Of a DNA stretch of 64,000 bases, positions 38,777-47,841 are shown in pieces (within the stretch, counting starts at the first letter, position 1; each line of letters begins with the position of its first letter). Both the position numbers and the translations under genes were made by a program. Under the pieces are notes generated by a model. That model saw only the letters and a list, made by a program, of their open reading frames with translations, ran no database searches and was not told the DNA's origin. The stretch is from a bacterium (lineage in GTDB: Bacteria > SAR324 > NAC60-12), in the NCBI GenBank assembly GCA_965209155.1, contig OZ242383.1, positions 1,280,001 through 1,344,000 of the forward strand. Direction: 5' to 3'.

Positions 38777-40642
38777 TTAGTGCCCCATTTCTTTCTTCAG
38801 GTCCTGGTCAATCCAAAGGCGGGGGAAGATGACAGCACGGTCGCCCCATCCCAGGTCGATTTCGCCATTATACCCTTTGACCCACGGCTGGTTCACGTTA
38901 AACTGTGGGGGTTTCGGACTCCATATACGCAAGTGGTTCGCGACGTGGAACAGATCGACCACTCTCACCACCCGCTGCTGCTCCTCAATGGAGGTAGCGG
39001 CTTGAGCGGCTTCCACCAGGGCGTCATAAACCGGGTCCTGGTGTCCGGTGTTGCTCGTTTTCCCTATCGAACTCGAATGGTCCCAGGTGATCGTATCCAT
39101 AGGTGGATTATCATAGGCAGAGATTGTATGCAGCAACCCTCCATAAGTGTGGCCAAACATAGCAGGCATATAAGCCGGTCGGTCCAATACCCTGATCTCT
39201 ACATCAATACCAATCTTACCCCAGTAGTCGGCAGCTATTTCGACATAGTTTAAATCCCAGAGATCCAAGCTGCTCAAGACGGTCTTGAATCGAATGCCGT
39301 CCGCGCCACGGGTGAGACCAGCCGCGTCCAGTAACGCCTCGGCCCCTGCCGGGTCATACCGGTAGCCTTGCTTGACCGCTTCGGGCCACTGGTCAAAGGG
39401 GATGATATACCCGACGAGCGCATCCCCTAAAAGCGAGCGTGGTGTTATGTTGGCATAACCCTTATAGTAGGTCTGGTTGATGGTCTCGAGATCCAAGGCC
39501 ATCTGCATGGCCTTGCGCACGTTGACATCTTTAAAGAGAGGCTCCGTCTGGTTAAAAGAAAAAGCCGTTTCCGCCCGATACGCCCATGGGGTCATCATGA
39601 GTTCGGGGTTGGTCCTCCGGAGGCTCTCTGCCTGGTCGATAGACTGTAATTGAGCGCCGCCACCGCCGGGCAGACCTAGGAAATCAATCTTAGCCGAGCG
39701 TATCGCCGCCAGAATGGTTGCGTCTTCTGTCATCATCAGGCCTGTTAACTGGTCAATATAGGGCAAGCGGTTCTGTGGGTATTTTTCATCAAAACCCCAG
39801 TAGTCAGGATTCTTGGTAAAAGTCATAGAGAGACCCTCGACGTAGTCGGTCAGCATATAGGGCCCGGTGCCGACCACGTTCCTCCAATCCCTAACGTCGC
39901 CGTGTTGCTCGATGACCTCAGGCGGGTATACCCAAGCAGCGTGGTGGATGAGGAGATTCCTCAGCGTACCGAGTTGTGGCTCCTTGAGCTTAAAAACAAC
40001 CGTCCTATCATCGGTAGCCGTTATCGATTCGATTGGCAAAGCGGTGAGTTGACCTTGATTCGGGGAAGGTTCGGTGAACTTGCCCAGACCCAACATGCGG
40101 TGCCAGTTATATTCGACATCCTTGGCCGTGAGGGCCCGACCGTTCATCGGTGGCTTATCATGCCAGTGAACGCCCTTGCGGATGTGAAAGATCAAGGTTT
40201 TCGGATCAGGTTGTTCCCAGCTTTCAGCCAGCGACCCTTTTAAGGCAGAGAGAGGCACGTACCCCTTTTTGAGGTCAAATTCGTCCCGATCGATTCCCCA
40301 GTTCGCGATGCCGAGCTTCTCCGTAACGCCGCTCTGGGTGGAACCAGAGAAGCCGCCGAACCAGCTGTCAATATACACAGTCGTCAGCTTATTGGCATAG
40401 GTCAATGTCCCCCCATACTCGGGTGCTGTCACCATCTCGCCAGTGGACGGGTCTTTGACCATCTCTTGGGCGATAGCGGAATTGAAGATGAAGACTGCAG
40501 CCACAATGAGGGCCAGCAGGGTTGCACTGAAGGTTGATTTGCGGTTTAGATTAAACATTGCGATTTTCGATTTCATCAGATTCTCCTTAAAATATAATGA
40601 ATGAATAAATGGCATTAACAAAATAGCGATTTTCGATTTCAT
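38777..40642 (-). CDS. ABC transporter substrate-binding protein, family 5 (SBP2, no adjacent permeases); second in-frame start at 40576
   Basis: YGGTL, LAESWEQPD, FHIRKGVHWH, GTGPY, NPDYW, VRKAMQMALD. Confidence 0.92.
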   Translation of the reverse strand: MKSKIAILLMPFIHSLYFKENLMKSKIAMFNLNRKSTFSATLLALIVAAVFIFNSAIAQEMVKDPSTGEMVTAPEYGGTLTYANKLTTVYIDSWFGGFSGSTQSGVTEKLGIANWGIDRDEFDLKKGYVPLSALKGSLAESWEQPDPKTLIFHIRKGVHWHDKPPMNGRALTAKDVEYNWHRMLGLGKFTEPSPNQGQLTALPIESITATDDRTVVFKLKEPQLGTLRNLLIHHAAWVYPPEVIEQHGDVRDWRNVVGTGPYMLTDYVEGLSMTFTKNPDYWGFDEKYPQNRLPYIDQLTGLMMTEDATILAAIRSAKIDFLGLPGGGGAQLQSIDQAESLRRTNPELMMTPWAYRAETAFSFNQTEPLFKDVNVRKAMQMALDLETINQTYYKGYANITPRSLLGDALVGYIIPFDQWPEAVKQGYRYDPAGAEALLDAAGLTRGADGIRFKTVLSSLDLWDLNYVEIAADYWGKIGIDVEIRVLDRPAYMPAMFGHTYGGLLHTISAYDNPPMDTITWDHSSSIGKTSNTGHQDPVYDALVEAAQAATSIEEQQRVVRVVDLFHVANHLRIWSPKPPQFNVNQPWVKGYNGEIDLGWGDRAVIFPRLWIDQDLKKEMGH

Positions 40643-40663
40643 CAGATTCTCCTTAAAAAAATA
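40506..40663 (-). repeat. Shared leader cassette, copy 2
   Basis: Matches 4830-4987. Confidence 0.9.
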
Positions 40664-40763
40664 AATGACAAAATGACGCTCTCACGCGCCCATCAGCTGT
40701 TTCAAAACGGGTTTTATTCCATAGGCATTTCCTCCTTTCATCGGGTTTTCCGTAATAAAAAAG

Positions 40764-40943
40764 TTAACTATTCAGGTCTCTGAAAAATCCGTTCAGTCTA
40801 ATAACGTTGAAAAAAATTTCCGGGAATATTTTCAATTCCTTCCACGATATGGTTCCATCGATCGGGGACCCTCTTTTTCACTAAAACAACTTAGTCAAGG
40901 TATGATTCTAGCAATATATATATTATTTGAATAATGTCAACCC
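40764..40943 (-). repeat. Promoter (TTGACA-N24-TAGAAT) + RNA motif copy D + IS66-type terminal repeat
   Basis: Colinear with 5031-5215; P3 partly deleted. Confidence 0.8.
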
Positions 40944-40978
40944 TTTCTTTTTTTTCCTTGCTCCCCATTTTCTTTATT

Positions 40979-40996
40979 TGTACATTATCCTGTACG
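40979..40996 (+). promoter_or_regulatory. yefM-yoeB type operator (TGTACA / TGTACG, 12 bp apart)
   Basis: Read directly; matches the known YefM operator core and spacing. Confidence 0.65.
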
Positions 40997-41037
40997 GCTA
41001 ATTTTTCTAAAATAATTAATTATTCCAAAAGGAAACT

Positions 41038-41304
41038 ATGGAAGCTTTAAGTATTTCTGAGGGACGCAAACGCTTGTTTGAATTAAGGAAGCAAATTGTA
41101 TCTGATCATGATCAAATCATCCTCACGCATAAAGGAGGGAATGTGGTCTTGATTTCAATGGATGAATGGGAAACTTACCAAGAAACTCAACGCCTTCTCA
41201 GAGATAAAGAAGCTCTGAAAGCGCTTATCCAATCCTTCGATGACTATGACTCCAGAAAACAACGAGGTAAATCTGTAAATGAGGTTTTTTCGGATTTAAC
41301 ATGA
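41038..41304 (+). CDS. yefM: Phd/YefM family antitoxin
   Basis: SISE.R..L, VVLIS.DEW...QET..LL. Confidence 0.88.
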   Translation: MEALSISEGRKRLFELRKQIVSDHDQIILTHKGGNVVLISMDEWETYQETQRLLRDKEALKALIQSFDDYDSRKQRGKSVNEVFSDLT

Positions 41305-41579
41305 ATTGGAAAATATTCATTCTTCAAAAAGCTGAAAAGGATTTAAAATGGTTTCGGCAGCATAATCGATCCTATTACGTTAAGTGTTTTGATTTAATTC
41401 GAGAGATTACGATGGATCCTCGCAGTGGAACAGGAAAGCCAGAGAGGTTAAAGTACTTTGACCGGGAAGTTTGGTCTCGTCGAGTTTCACATGAACATCG
41501 ACTTGTCTATGTCATTTATGCAATTGAAGAATTAGTTGAGATTGTTTCCTGCAAATCTCATTATGAAGAAAGCCCTTGA
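41301..41579 (+). CDS. yoeB: Txe/YoeB family toxin
   Basis: GTGKPE.LKY, WSRR...EHRLVY, SC..HY. Confidence 0.92.
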   Translation: MNWKIFILQKAEKDLKWFRQHNRSYYVKCFDLIREITMDPRSGTGKPERLKYFDREVWSRRVSHEHRLVYVIYAIEELVEIVSCKSHYEESP

Positions 41580-41590
41580 TCAATTTTCCA

Positions 41591-41714
41591 ATCGGGTAGG
41601 TAGCGGTATTTAGCCGCCACCTCCCACACCACCCTGCGTGCCTGCGCGGCCCGGCGGCTCCGCACGGGGCTAGGCGCCCCCGACGGTTCACTGCTTGAAG
41701 CGCACCTTGATCCA
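41591..41714 (-). mobile_element. Group II intron 3' remnant (last RT codons + domains V-VI, IIC-like)
   Basis: WIKVRFKQ* then GAACCG...GCACGCAGGGTGGTGTGGGAGG...CTACCCGAT. Confidence 0.8.
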
Positions 41715-41998
41715 ATGATGGTAAACGCTTTGCCAGGGAGGTAAATCAGAGTGCTAAGCGCTCTTGCTTCCATGGCGCTCGTTCTTTTTCAAAGAGTGGA
41801 CTGGCTTCTTGAAGAGCCTCGAGGTGGGGAGAGGATGACAAGAAACGCAAAACATAGCAGACAAAGAAACAGTCTTTCCGAGTCCCAAATATACTTGAAA
41901 CAATTCTCATAGTGGTCTATTTATTGTTGATCAGTTGTGAATGGAAGAAATTTCAGGAAAGTATCGAAATTGCAACTGTCAAAAGCTGAGCAAAAAAA

Positions 41999-42033
41999 CT
42001 TTGTGCCTTTGTGCCTTTGTGCCTTTGTGCCTT
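41999..42033 (+). repeat. (TTTGTGCC)4 octamer tandem repeat
   Basis: Read directly. Confidence 0.85.
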
Positions 42034-42046
42034 CTTTCTTAAAAAT

Positions 42047-42138
42047 GGTTGGGTTTCGCGCAATTGAAAGTTTCGAACCGTGTCAGGTCCTAACGGAAGC
42101 AGCACTAAGATACCGGAGATGTGCCGCGAAACTCAACC
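42047..42138 (+). ncRNA. ffs: Signal recognition particle RNA (small bacterial 4.5S type)
   Basis: Domain IV TGTCAGGTCC-TAAC-GGAAGCAGCA; terminal stem GGTTGGGTTTCGCG/CGCGAAACTCAACC; directly upstream of dnaX. Confidence 0.9.
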
Positions 42139-42163
42139 GCCCTGTTTGACGATGGCGCGCAAT

Positions 42164-43915
42164 ATGTCCTACATTGTTTTAGCACGTAAATTGAGGCCAG
42201 TCCGATTTGATGATTTGGTCGGACAAGAGACCATTGCTCAGATATTGAAAAACGCCATCTCAACGAATCGGATCGGCCATGCTTTTTTATTCACGGGTTC
42301 CCGTGGCGTAGGAAAGACGACTGCCGCCCGTGTGCTCACAAAGGCCATCAATTGCCTGAATCCCCAGGAGGTCAATCCCTGCGAGAAATGCCAGACTTGC
42401 TTAGATATCACGAACAATGCTTCTCCGGACGTCTACGAAATCGATGCTGCTTCCAATCGGGGGATCGACAACATCCGCGAATTGAGAGAAAATATCAAGT
42501 ATGCTCCGGCAAACTGTCGATATAAAGTCTACATTATTGACGAGGCGCATATGTTGACGCTCGAGTCATTCAATGCTCTTTTAAAAACATTGGAAGAACC
42601 CCCCGCCCACGTGAAGTTCATTCTTGCCACTACCGATCCCCATAAATTACCACAGACCATCATTTCCCGTTGCCAGCGTTATGATTTTGTTCGCATTCCC
42701 CTGCAAAAGATGGTGGACTATTTGAGCAGGGTTATTAAGGAGGAAGGAATTATGCTTTCCAGGGATGCGTTGCAGTTGGTGGCTCAACAAGCAGTGGGAG
42801 GTATGCGAGATGCGTTGACAATGATTGATCAAATCACGAGTTATTCCGGCCTGTCGGCTACTGATGAAGAAGTTTCACGCATTTTGGGACTGGTAGATAC
42901 AAAAGTCCGTTTTCAACTTTTGAAGGCATTACTGGCAAAAGATCCAACCACGGCAATGGCAAAATTTCACGAAATGCAACAACGTGGTCACAACTTTCAG
43001 GATATACTTTCGAACTTATTACAATCGGTCAAGAACCTCTCATTGATTCATACGTTTACTCAGCAGACAGGCCAACTGCCGCCGACTCTGTTTCAAGATA
43101 TCCCTGAAGAAGATGTAAAACACTACAAATCCTTTGTTCCTGCAGTTTCTTTAGATGAATTACAGCAAATGTTTCGTGTTTTAATGGAACTGGAAGAGCA
43201 GGTCAAACAGAGTAGTCATGCTCAAATTTGTTTCGATATGGCCATTATCCAACTGACAAGTGTGCAAGCATTGGTGGGAATTCCGGAATTATTGCAACAG
43301 GTAAAGGGACTGCGTGAAGGTACTAGTAATAATCACGGGACGAAGTCTGAAAGCAAACCAACGCCCCCCCGGAAATACTCACGCGGACCATCGTCCACTC
43401 CAAACGTCCCTGCCAGCAAGCAGGAGCATTCAGCAATCTCAGGAGAAAGGTCTGGAGAAAAAAAAGAGTTGCCTGTACAAAACGTTTCGGAAGTTCCACC
43501 TTCCTCCCTGCAAACTCCAACAAAAGAGTGGCAAACATTTGTGGAATACATCCAACAAAAATCTCCTTGGTTGGGCAGTGTGTTAAAGAATGCCGTTTTG
43601 GTGGAAAGCAACGAAAAGCGAATTCAGATTGCTTTCAAGGAATCGCAATTCAAAGAGATGCTTACCAACGAAAAAATGATGAATTTGCGCGAATTTGCAA
43701 AGGGTTTCTATTGTCGTGACGTAGAAATAAATGTTCAAGACGACAACCGGGTGGAGAATTCCCTCACCATCTCTGAACAACGACAGCGACTTTCAGAAGA
43801 AAAAAGAGATAGACGCCTCAAAGAGGCAAAGCAAGATGAACGGGTCCAAATGATCCTTAAAAAGTTCCCGGGTAGCAAAATAGTAGACTTTCAAATCCAG
43901 GAACCTGAACTTTAA
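42164..43915 (+). CDS. dnaX: DNA polymerase III subunit gamma/tau
   Basis: YIVLARK.RP, GSRGVGKTT, EIDAAS, IIDEAHML, TLEEPP, SRCQ. Confidence 0.96.
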   Translation: MSYIVLARKLRPVRFDDLVGQETIAQILKNAISTNRIGHAFLFTGSRGVGKTTAARVLTKAINCLNPQEVNPCEKCQTCLDITNNASPDVYEIDAASNRGIDNIRELRENIKYAPANCRYKVYIIDEAHMLTLESFNALLKTLEEPPAHVKFILATTDPHKLPQTIISRCQRYDFVRIPLQKMVDYLSRVIKEEGIMLSRDALQLVAQQAVGGMRDALTMIDQITSYSGLSATDEEVSRILGLVDTKVRFQLLKALLAKDPTTAMAKFHEMQQRGHNFQDILSNLLQSVKNLSLIHTFTQQTGQLPPTLFQDIPEEDVKHYKSFVPAVSLDELQQMFRVLMELEEQVKQSSHAQICFDMAIIQLTSVQALVGIPELLQQVKGLREGTSNNHGTKSESKPTPPRKYSRGPSSTPNVPASKQEHSAISGERSGEKKELPVQNVSEVPPSSLQTPTKEWQTFVEYIQQKSPWLGSVLKNAVLVESNEKRIQIAFKESQFKEMLTNEKMMNLREFAKGFYCRDVEINVQDDNRVENSLTISEQRQRLSEEKRDRRLKEAKQDERVQMILKKFPGSKIVDFQIQEPEL

Positions 43916-43936
43916 CCATTGAACCAAAGGAGTCCA

Positions 43937-44266
43937 ATGTTCGATAGCTCTATGGAAGATCTCCTGAAAAAAGCCCAGGAAGTATCTCAAAATATGCGAT
44001 CCCAACAAGAGGAACTTGCCAAAAAAAGGATTGATGTTTCGGTTGGAGGAGAAATGGTGAAGATGACCTTCAACGGCAATCAACAAGCGCTTTCCATTCA
44101 CATTGACCCGGAAGTGATTGACCCGGAAGATATTCAAACGTTGGAAGATTTGGTTTTATCTGCTGTCAATGAAGGGATTCGTCAAAGCCAGAAAATCGTA
44201 CAGGAAGAATTGGGGAAACAATTGGGAGGTTTGGGAGGACTTAAAATACCCGGTTTTAATGCGTAG
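43937..44266 (+). CDS. ybaB: YbaB/EbfC nucleoid-associated protein
   Basis: GG.MVK, IDPE.IDPED...LEDLVLSAVN; follows dnaX. Confidence 0.92.
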   Translation: MFDSSMEDLLKKAQEVSQNMRSQQEELAKKRIDVSVGGEMVKMTFNGNQQALSIHIDPEVIDPEDIQTLEDLVLSAVNEGIRQSQKIVQEELGKQLGGLGGLKIPGFNA

Positions 44267-44364
44267 CGGCAAGGGTCTTCCGTGATCGCGCTTTTCGGGA
44301 GCCTTCTTGGCCAGATCGCTGTCCCTCCAGGAAAGACTTATATGGCGGAAAAGTGTGAAGGTGC

Positions 44365-45129
44365 TCAGACAGTAGTCAATCGCACTGGAATATCCTGGCT
44401 ATGCAGGTACTGCTTGACTTCAGAAACTGTAAATTGTTTGTAATGAAATATAGAAGCTGCCAGGACGGCATCGGCCGCTCCTTCTTGGAGGGCCTCTTTG
44501 AAATGATGCAATTCTCCTCCTCCTCCCGATGCAATAACCGGTATATTGAGGGATCGACTGATTTTGGAGGTAATAGCCAGGTCATAGCCGTTTTTTTGAC
44601 CATCGGTATCCATGCTGGTGAGGAGGATTTCCCCTGCCCCACGCCTTTCAGCCTCTAAAGCCCACTGACAGGCATTTAAACCCGTCTCGCGGGTGCCGCC
44701 GTGACTGAAGACTTCCCAATGATCTCCCCGCTTTTTGACGTCGATTGCCACGACAATACACTGGGAGCCGAAACGATTCGCCCCTTCGCTTATCAAGCCG
44801 GGATTCCGCAATGCTGAGGAATTGATGGAAACCTTGTCTGCCCCAACAGTGACCAATTCTCGTATTTCTTCCACAGTAGAGATACCTCCTCCAATTGTGA
44901 AAGGGATGAAAAGCACTCTTGCCAGGTGGGCTGCCAGTTCCAAGGTGGTTTTTCGATTTTCTTGGGACGCGGTTATGTCTAAAAATACCAATTCATCGGC
45001 CGATTGGTCATTGTACAAATGAGCAAGCTCCAAAGGGTTGCCAGCGTCTCTCAATTGGACAAAACTGGTACCTTTGACCACCCGACCATTCTTGATATCC
45101 AAACAGGGAATAATTCGCTTTGCTAGCAA
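44365..45129 (-). CDS. hisF: Imidazole glycerol phosphate synthase cyclase subunit
   Basis: MLAKRIIPCLD, ADELVFLDITAS, GAGEILLTSMD. Confidence 0.97.
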   Translation of the reverse strand: MLAKRIIPCLDIKNGRVVKGTSFVQLRDAGNPLELAHLYNDQSADELVFLDITASQENRKTTLELAAHLARVLFIPFTIGGGISTVEEIRELVTVGADKVSINSSALRNPGLISEGANRFGSQCIVVAIDVKKRGDHWEVFSHGGTRETGLNACQWALEAERRGAGEILLTSMDTDGQKNGYDLAITSKISRSLNIPVIASGGGGELHHFKEALQEGAADAVLAASIFHYKQFTVSEVKQYLHSQDIPVRLTTV

Positions 45130-45842
45130 GGTAAAATCTCGTTTAATCGAATTTTTCCTTCATATATTGCTTTGCCCACAATGACTTGGTCGACCCCGAC
45201 AGATTCCAGTGATTTTACGCGATCGATATCTACCTTCGAAGATATCCCACCAGACGCTGTAATTTTCAATTGAGTTTTCTCGGCAAATTGCCGTAACGCT
45301 GGCAGATTCGGACCGGTCAACATACCATCACGGGCGATGTCGGTGAAAATAATACGTTCAATTCCCAACTTTTTCCAATGCAATCCAAATTTCACGTCGT
45401 CGAAATCAGTTTGTTCTTTCCATCCAGAAACAGCAACTTTGCCATCTCGTGAATCAATTCCCAGAATGACTTTTTCTCCGGAAAATTCTTTGAGCGCAGA
45501 TTCCAGAACACCAGGATTCTTTACTGCCATGGTGCCCACTATCACAGAGGAAACTCCCATCTCTAACATTCTTTCGATATCCCCCCGATTACGTATTCCC
45601 CCTCCCAACTCCACGGGAATTTTTACTGCTTGAATGATTGCAAAAATGCTCCGCAAATTTGCGGATTTTCCTGAAAAAGCGCCATCCAGATCTACCAAAT
45701 GCAGACATTGCGCTCCGGCTTCTTCAAACATAATCGCCATCTCCACGGGATTGTCCGAGTAAATGGTTTCCTTTGTCGCTTTTCCCTGCAGGAGTCTCAC
45801 GCATTTACCATCTTTCAGATCAATGGCGGGGATGACAATCAT
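45123..45842 (-). CDS. hisA: ProFAR isomerase
   Basis: IPAIDLKDGKCVRL.QG, HLVDLDGA, TDI.RDGML.GPN. Confidence 0.97.
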   Translation of the reverse strand: MIVIPAIDLKDGKCVRLLQGKATKETIYSDNPVEMAIMFEEAGAQCLHLVDLDGAFSGKSANLRSIFAIIQAVKIPVELGGGIRNRGDIERMLEMGVSSVIVGTMAVKNPGVLESALKEFSGEKVILGIDSRDGKVAVSGWKEQTDFDDVKFGLHWKKLGIERIIFTDIARDGMLTGPNLPALRQFAEKTQLKITASGGISSKVDIDRVKSLESVGVDQVIVGKAIYEGKIRLNEILPC

Positions 45843-45918
45843 ACGCTCTCCTTAAGAAACCTGAACTGAAATTGTTGGGTATTTTTTTTTTTTCAAATAG
45901 AATTCCAGGGTGAGAGTT

Positions 45919-46632
45919 TTATGAAGATTGGGTATTGGTTTTCCTTTTTCGCGAAATAATCCCAACCACTTTCTTTAGTATGAGTGGAAGAATACCGAGC
46001 AAGGCAAAAGATATCAATAAGCCGGGAGAAACAATGTCTTCCAGAGAATTGACTTTTGCTAATTCTGATCCTGCATTGACGTAGACGATGGTTCCCGCCA
46101 GCATTCCTATTTGACTGACCCAGGCAAAAGTAAATACTCGCATTGGCATCAATCCCATGACGAGATTGATCACAAAAAAAGGAAACGCGGGAACCAATCT
46201 CAAAGCGAACAAATAAAAGGCACCCTCTTTCTCAATTTTTTCATTGATGGTTCGGATTTGATTTTTAAACTTTTGTTGGACGTAATTTCGCAATAAAGTA
46301 CGGGCCACCAGCATAGCAATGGTCGCTCCGATGGTACTTGCAAAGGAGACCACGATGGTTCCCACAATCAAACCAAAGATGGTTCCTGCGGCAAGTGTCA
46401 GGATGGCTGCGCCGGGCAGGGAGAGGGCTGCCATAACAATGTAGATAATCATGTATATGCTCACTGTGAGCACAGGATGCCGGGCATTGTAGGCAGCGAA
46501 TTTGTCCTTGAATTCTCGCAAATTATCAAGGGTGAAATAATGGTGAAGGTCAAAGAGGAAAAATAGAATGATGCAGGTCAGTATGGTCAGCGCAATAAGT
46601 ATTCTGATGGCATGTTGTTTGAGAATTTCCAT
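45919..46632 (-). CDS. TVP38/TMEM64 (DedA-like) membrane protein
   Basis: ALSLPGA, LRLVP.FPFF.INL.MGL, YVNAG. Confidence 0.9.
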   Translation of the reverse strand: MEILKQHAIRILIALTILTCIILFFLFDLHHYFTLDNLREFKDKFAAYNARHPVLTVSIYMIIYIVMAALSLPGAAILTLAAGTIFGLIVGTIVVSFASTIGATIAMLVARTLLRNYVQQKFKNQIRTINEKIEKEGAFYLFALRLVPAFPFFVINLVMGLMPMRVFTFAWVSQIGMLAGTIVYVNAGSELAKVNSLEDIVSPGLLISFALLGILPLILKKVVGIISRKRKTNTQSS

Positions 46633-46683
46633 AGATGGAGAAATGAAATTTTAGTTTTACTTAGCTTGGAAGAGGAAAAATTT

Positions 46684-47679
46684 TCATGACAACACCCCAC
46701 TGCAACTACTGCCAGCCCCAGCCATGCATCCGAAGCAGTGAGCACCGGTTGCAATAAATTTTTCTTTATAATGATCCATGCTGTCTATGTTCCAGATAGT
46801 GGTCTGCGTACCCGGAACCTTCATTTCCAGCATTTGATTGAAATCGCAATCATACAATTGCCCCTGCCATCCGATGGAAATGAGGCTACGACACATCAAA
46901 TTTTCTAAAGTCGACGGATTGAAGGCTTCAATCAAAAGATTCATGTATGCGTCCAATTGTGATGAACGATTCAATTGATCTGCAAAACGGCTTATTGGCA
47001 TGTTAGTGATTGTGAATAAATTGTTGAATTCGATATCAAACTTGGATTTCAATTGTTCTTTATAATCCACTTCCAAGGCTGCTTGTGGAGGGGGAAGCGA
47101 GTTGCCTATGGGATTGTATACCAAATTCAACAATAACCGGTCTCTCGATTTTCCATATCCCAGTCGGTTCAATATCCGCAGAGCCGCGATACTTTTATTG
47201 AATACACCCCGTCCTCGTTGCGCATCGACATTTTCAGACGAATAACAAGGCAACGATGCAATTATTTCGACTTCATTATCTGCCAGAAATTCAGCCAGGG
47301 TCTCTTGTCCTTCTTCCAACAATATCGTCAGGTTGCATCGGTCCATGACGTGACATTTCAATCGTTTGGCTTCCTCCACCAGGTATCGAAAATTGGGATT
47401 CAGTTCAGGAGCTCCCCCCGTGATGTCCACGGTTTGAACAGAGGAAGATTTTTCTATAAGGGTCAGAATCCTTTCCACCGTCTGCTTAGTCATTTGTTCG
47501 CTGCGTTTGGGGCTTGCATCTACATGACAATGATGACACGCTTGGTTGCATTTTTTTCCGACATTGATTTGCAAGGTTAACAGGTTGTTTCGATTGAGGG
47601 ACAATCCATGTCTTTGTAAATGCTTGTTAAAGTTGAATTTCTTCAACATTTCGAGATGGAGGGGTATATAATTTTTCAT
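46684..47679 (-). CDS. arsS: ArsS-family radical SAM protein
   Basis: LQINVG..CNQAC.HCHV, TGGAPE, SLPCY, NMPI.RF, YDCDFNQ, HC.GC.AGAGSSC. Confidence 0.88.
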   Translation of the reverse strand: MKNYIPLHLEMLKKFNFNKHLQRHGLSLNRNNLLTLQINVGKKCNQACHHCHVDASPKRSEQMTKQTVERILTLIEKSSSVQTVDITGGAPELNPNFRYLVEEAKRLKCHVMDRCNLTILLEEGQETLAEFLADNEVEIIASLPCYSSENVDAQRGRGVFNKSIAALRILNRLGYGKSRDRLLLNLVYNPIGNSLPPPQAALEVDYKEQLKSKFDIEFNNLFTITNMPISRFADQLNRSSQLDAYMNLLIEAFNPSTLENLMCRSLISIGWQGQLYDCDFNQMLEMKVPGTQTTIWNIDSMDHYKEKFIATGAHCFGCMAGAGSSCSGVLS

Positions 47680-47841
47680 AATTATCTGCCACTCTTAGGA
47701 GGAGAGTCAAGAATAGTTACACTGCTCTACTGTATCCCATATTCTCAAACTATTACAACCAAGTTTACGCTCTTTCATTTTTTCCCCATTGATGCCTTGC
47801 ACTTTGGAAGCATTTTGAGTTTCACTCTTTGAGAACCAACC

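Noticed and set aside
38627..39253. 208-aa + strand ORF, and other long antisense ORFs (1915-2649, 57322-58083, 58716-59396)
   Set aside because: Shadows of well-supported genes or repeats on the opposite strand or frame.
40706..40740. RBS + MPME* mini-ORF upstream of SBP2
   Set aside because: Not present in the SBP1 leader; could be a gene-start remnant.
42080..42163. N-terminal extension of DnaX
   Set aside because: Overlaps the SRP RNA; the conserved start is MSYIVLARK at 42164.
46684..46710. Selenocysteine read-through in ArsS
   Set aside because: The GSSC position is TGC; the TGA follows the normal C-terminus.
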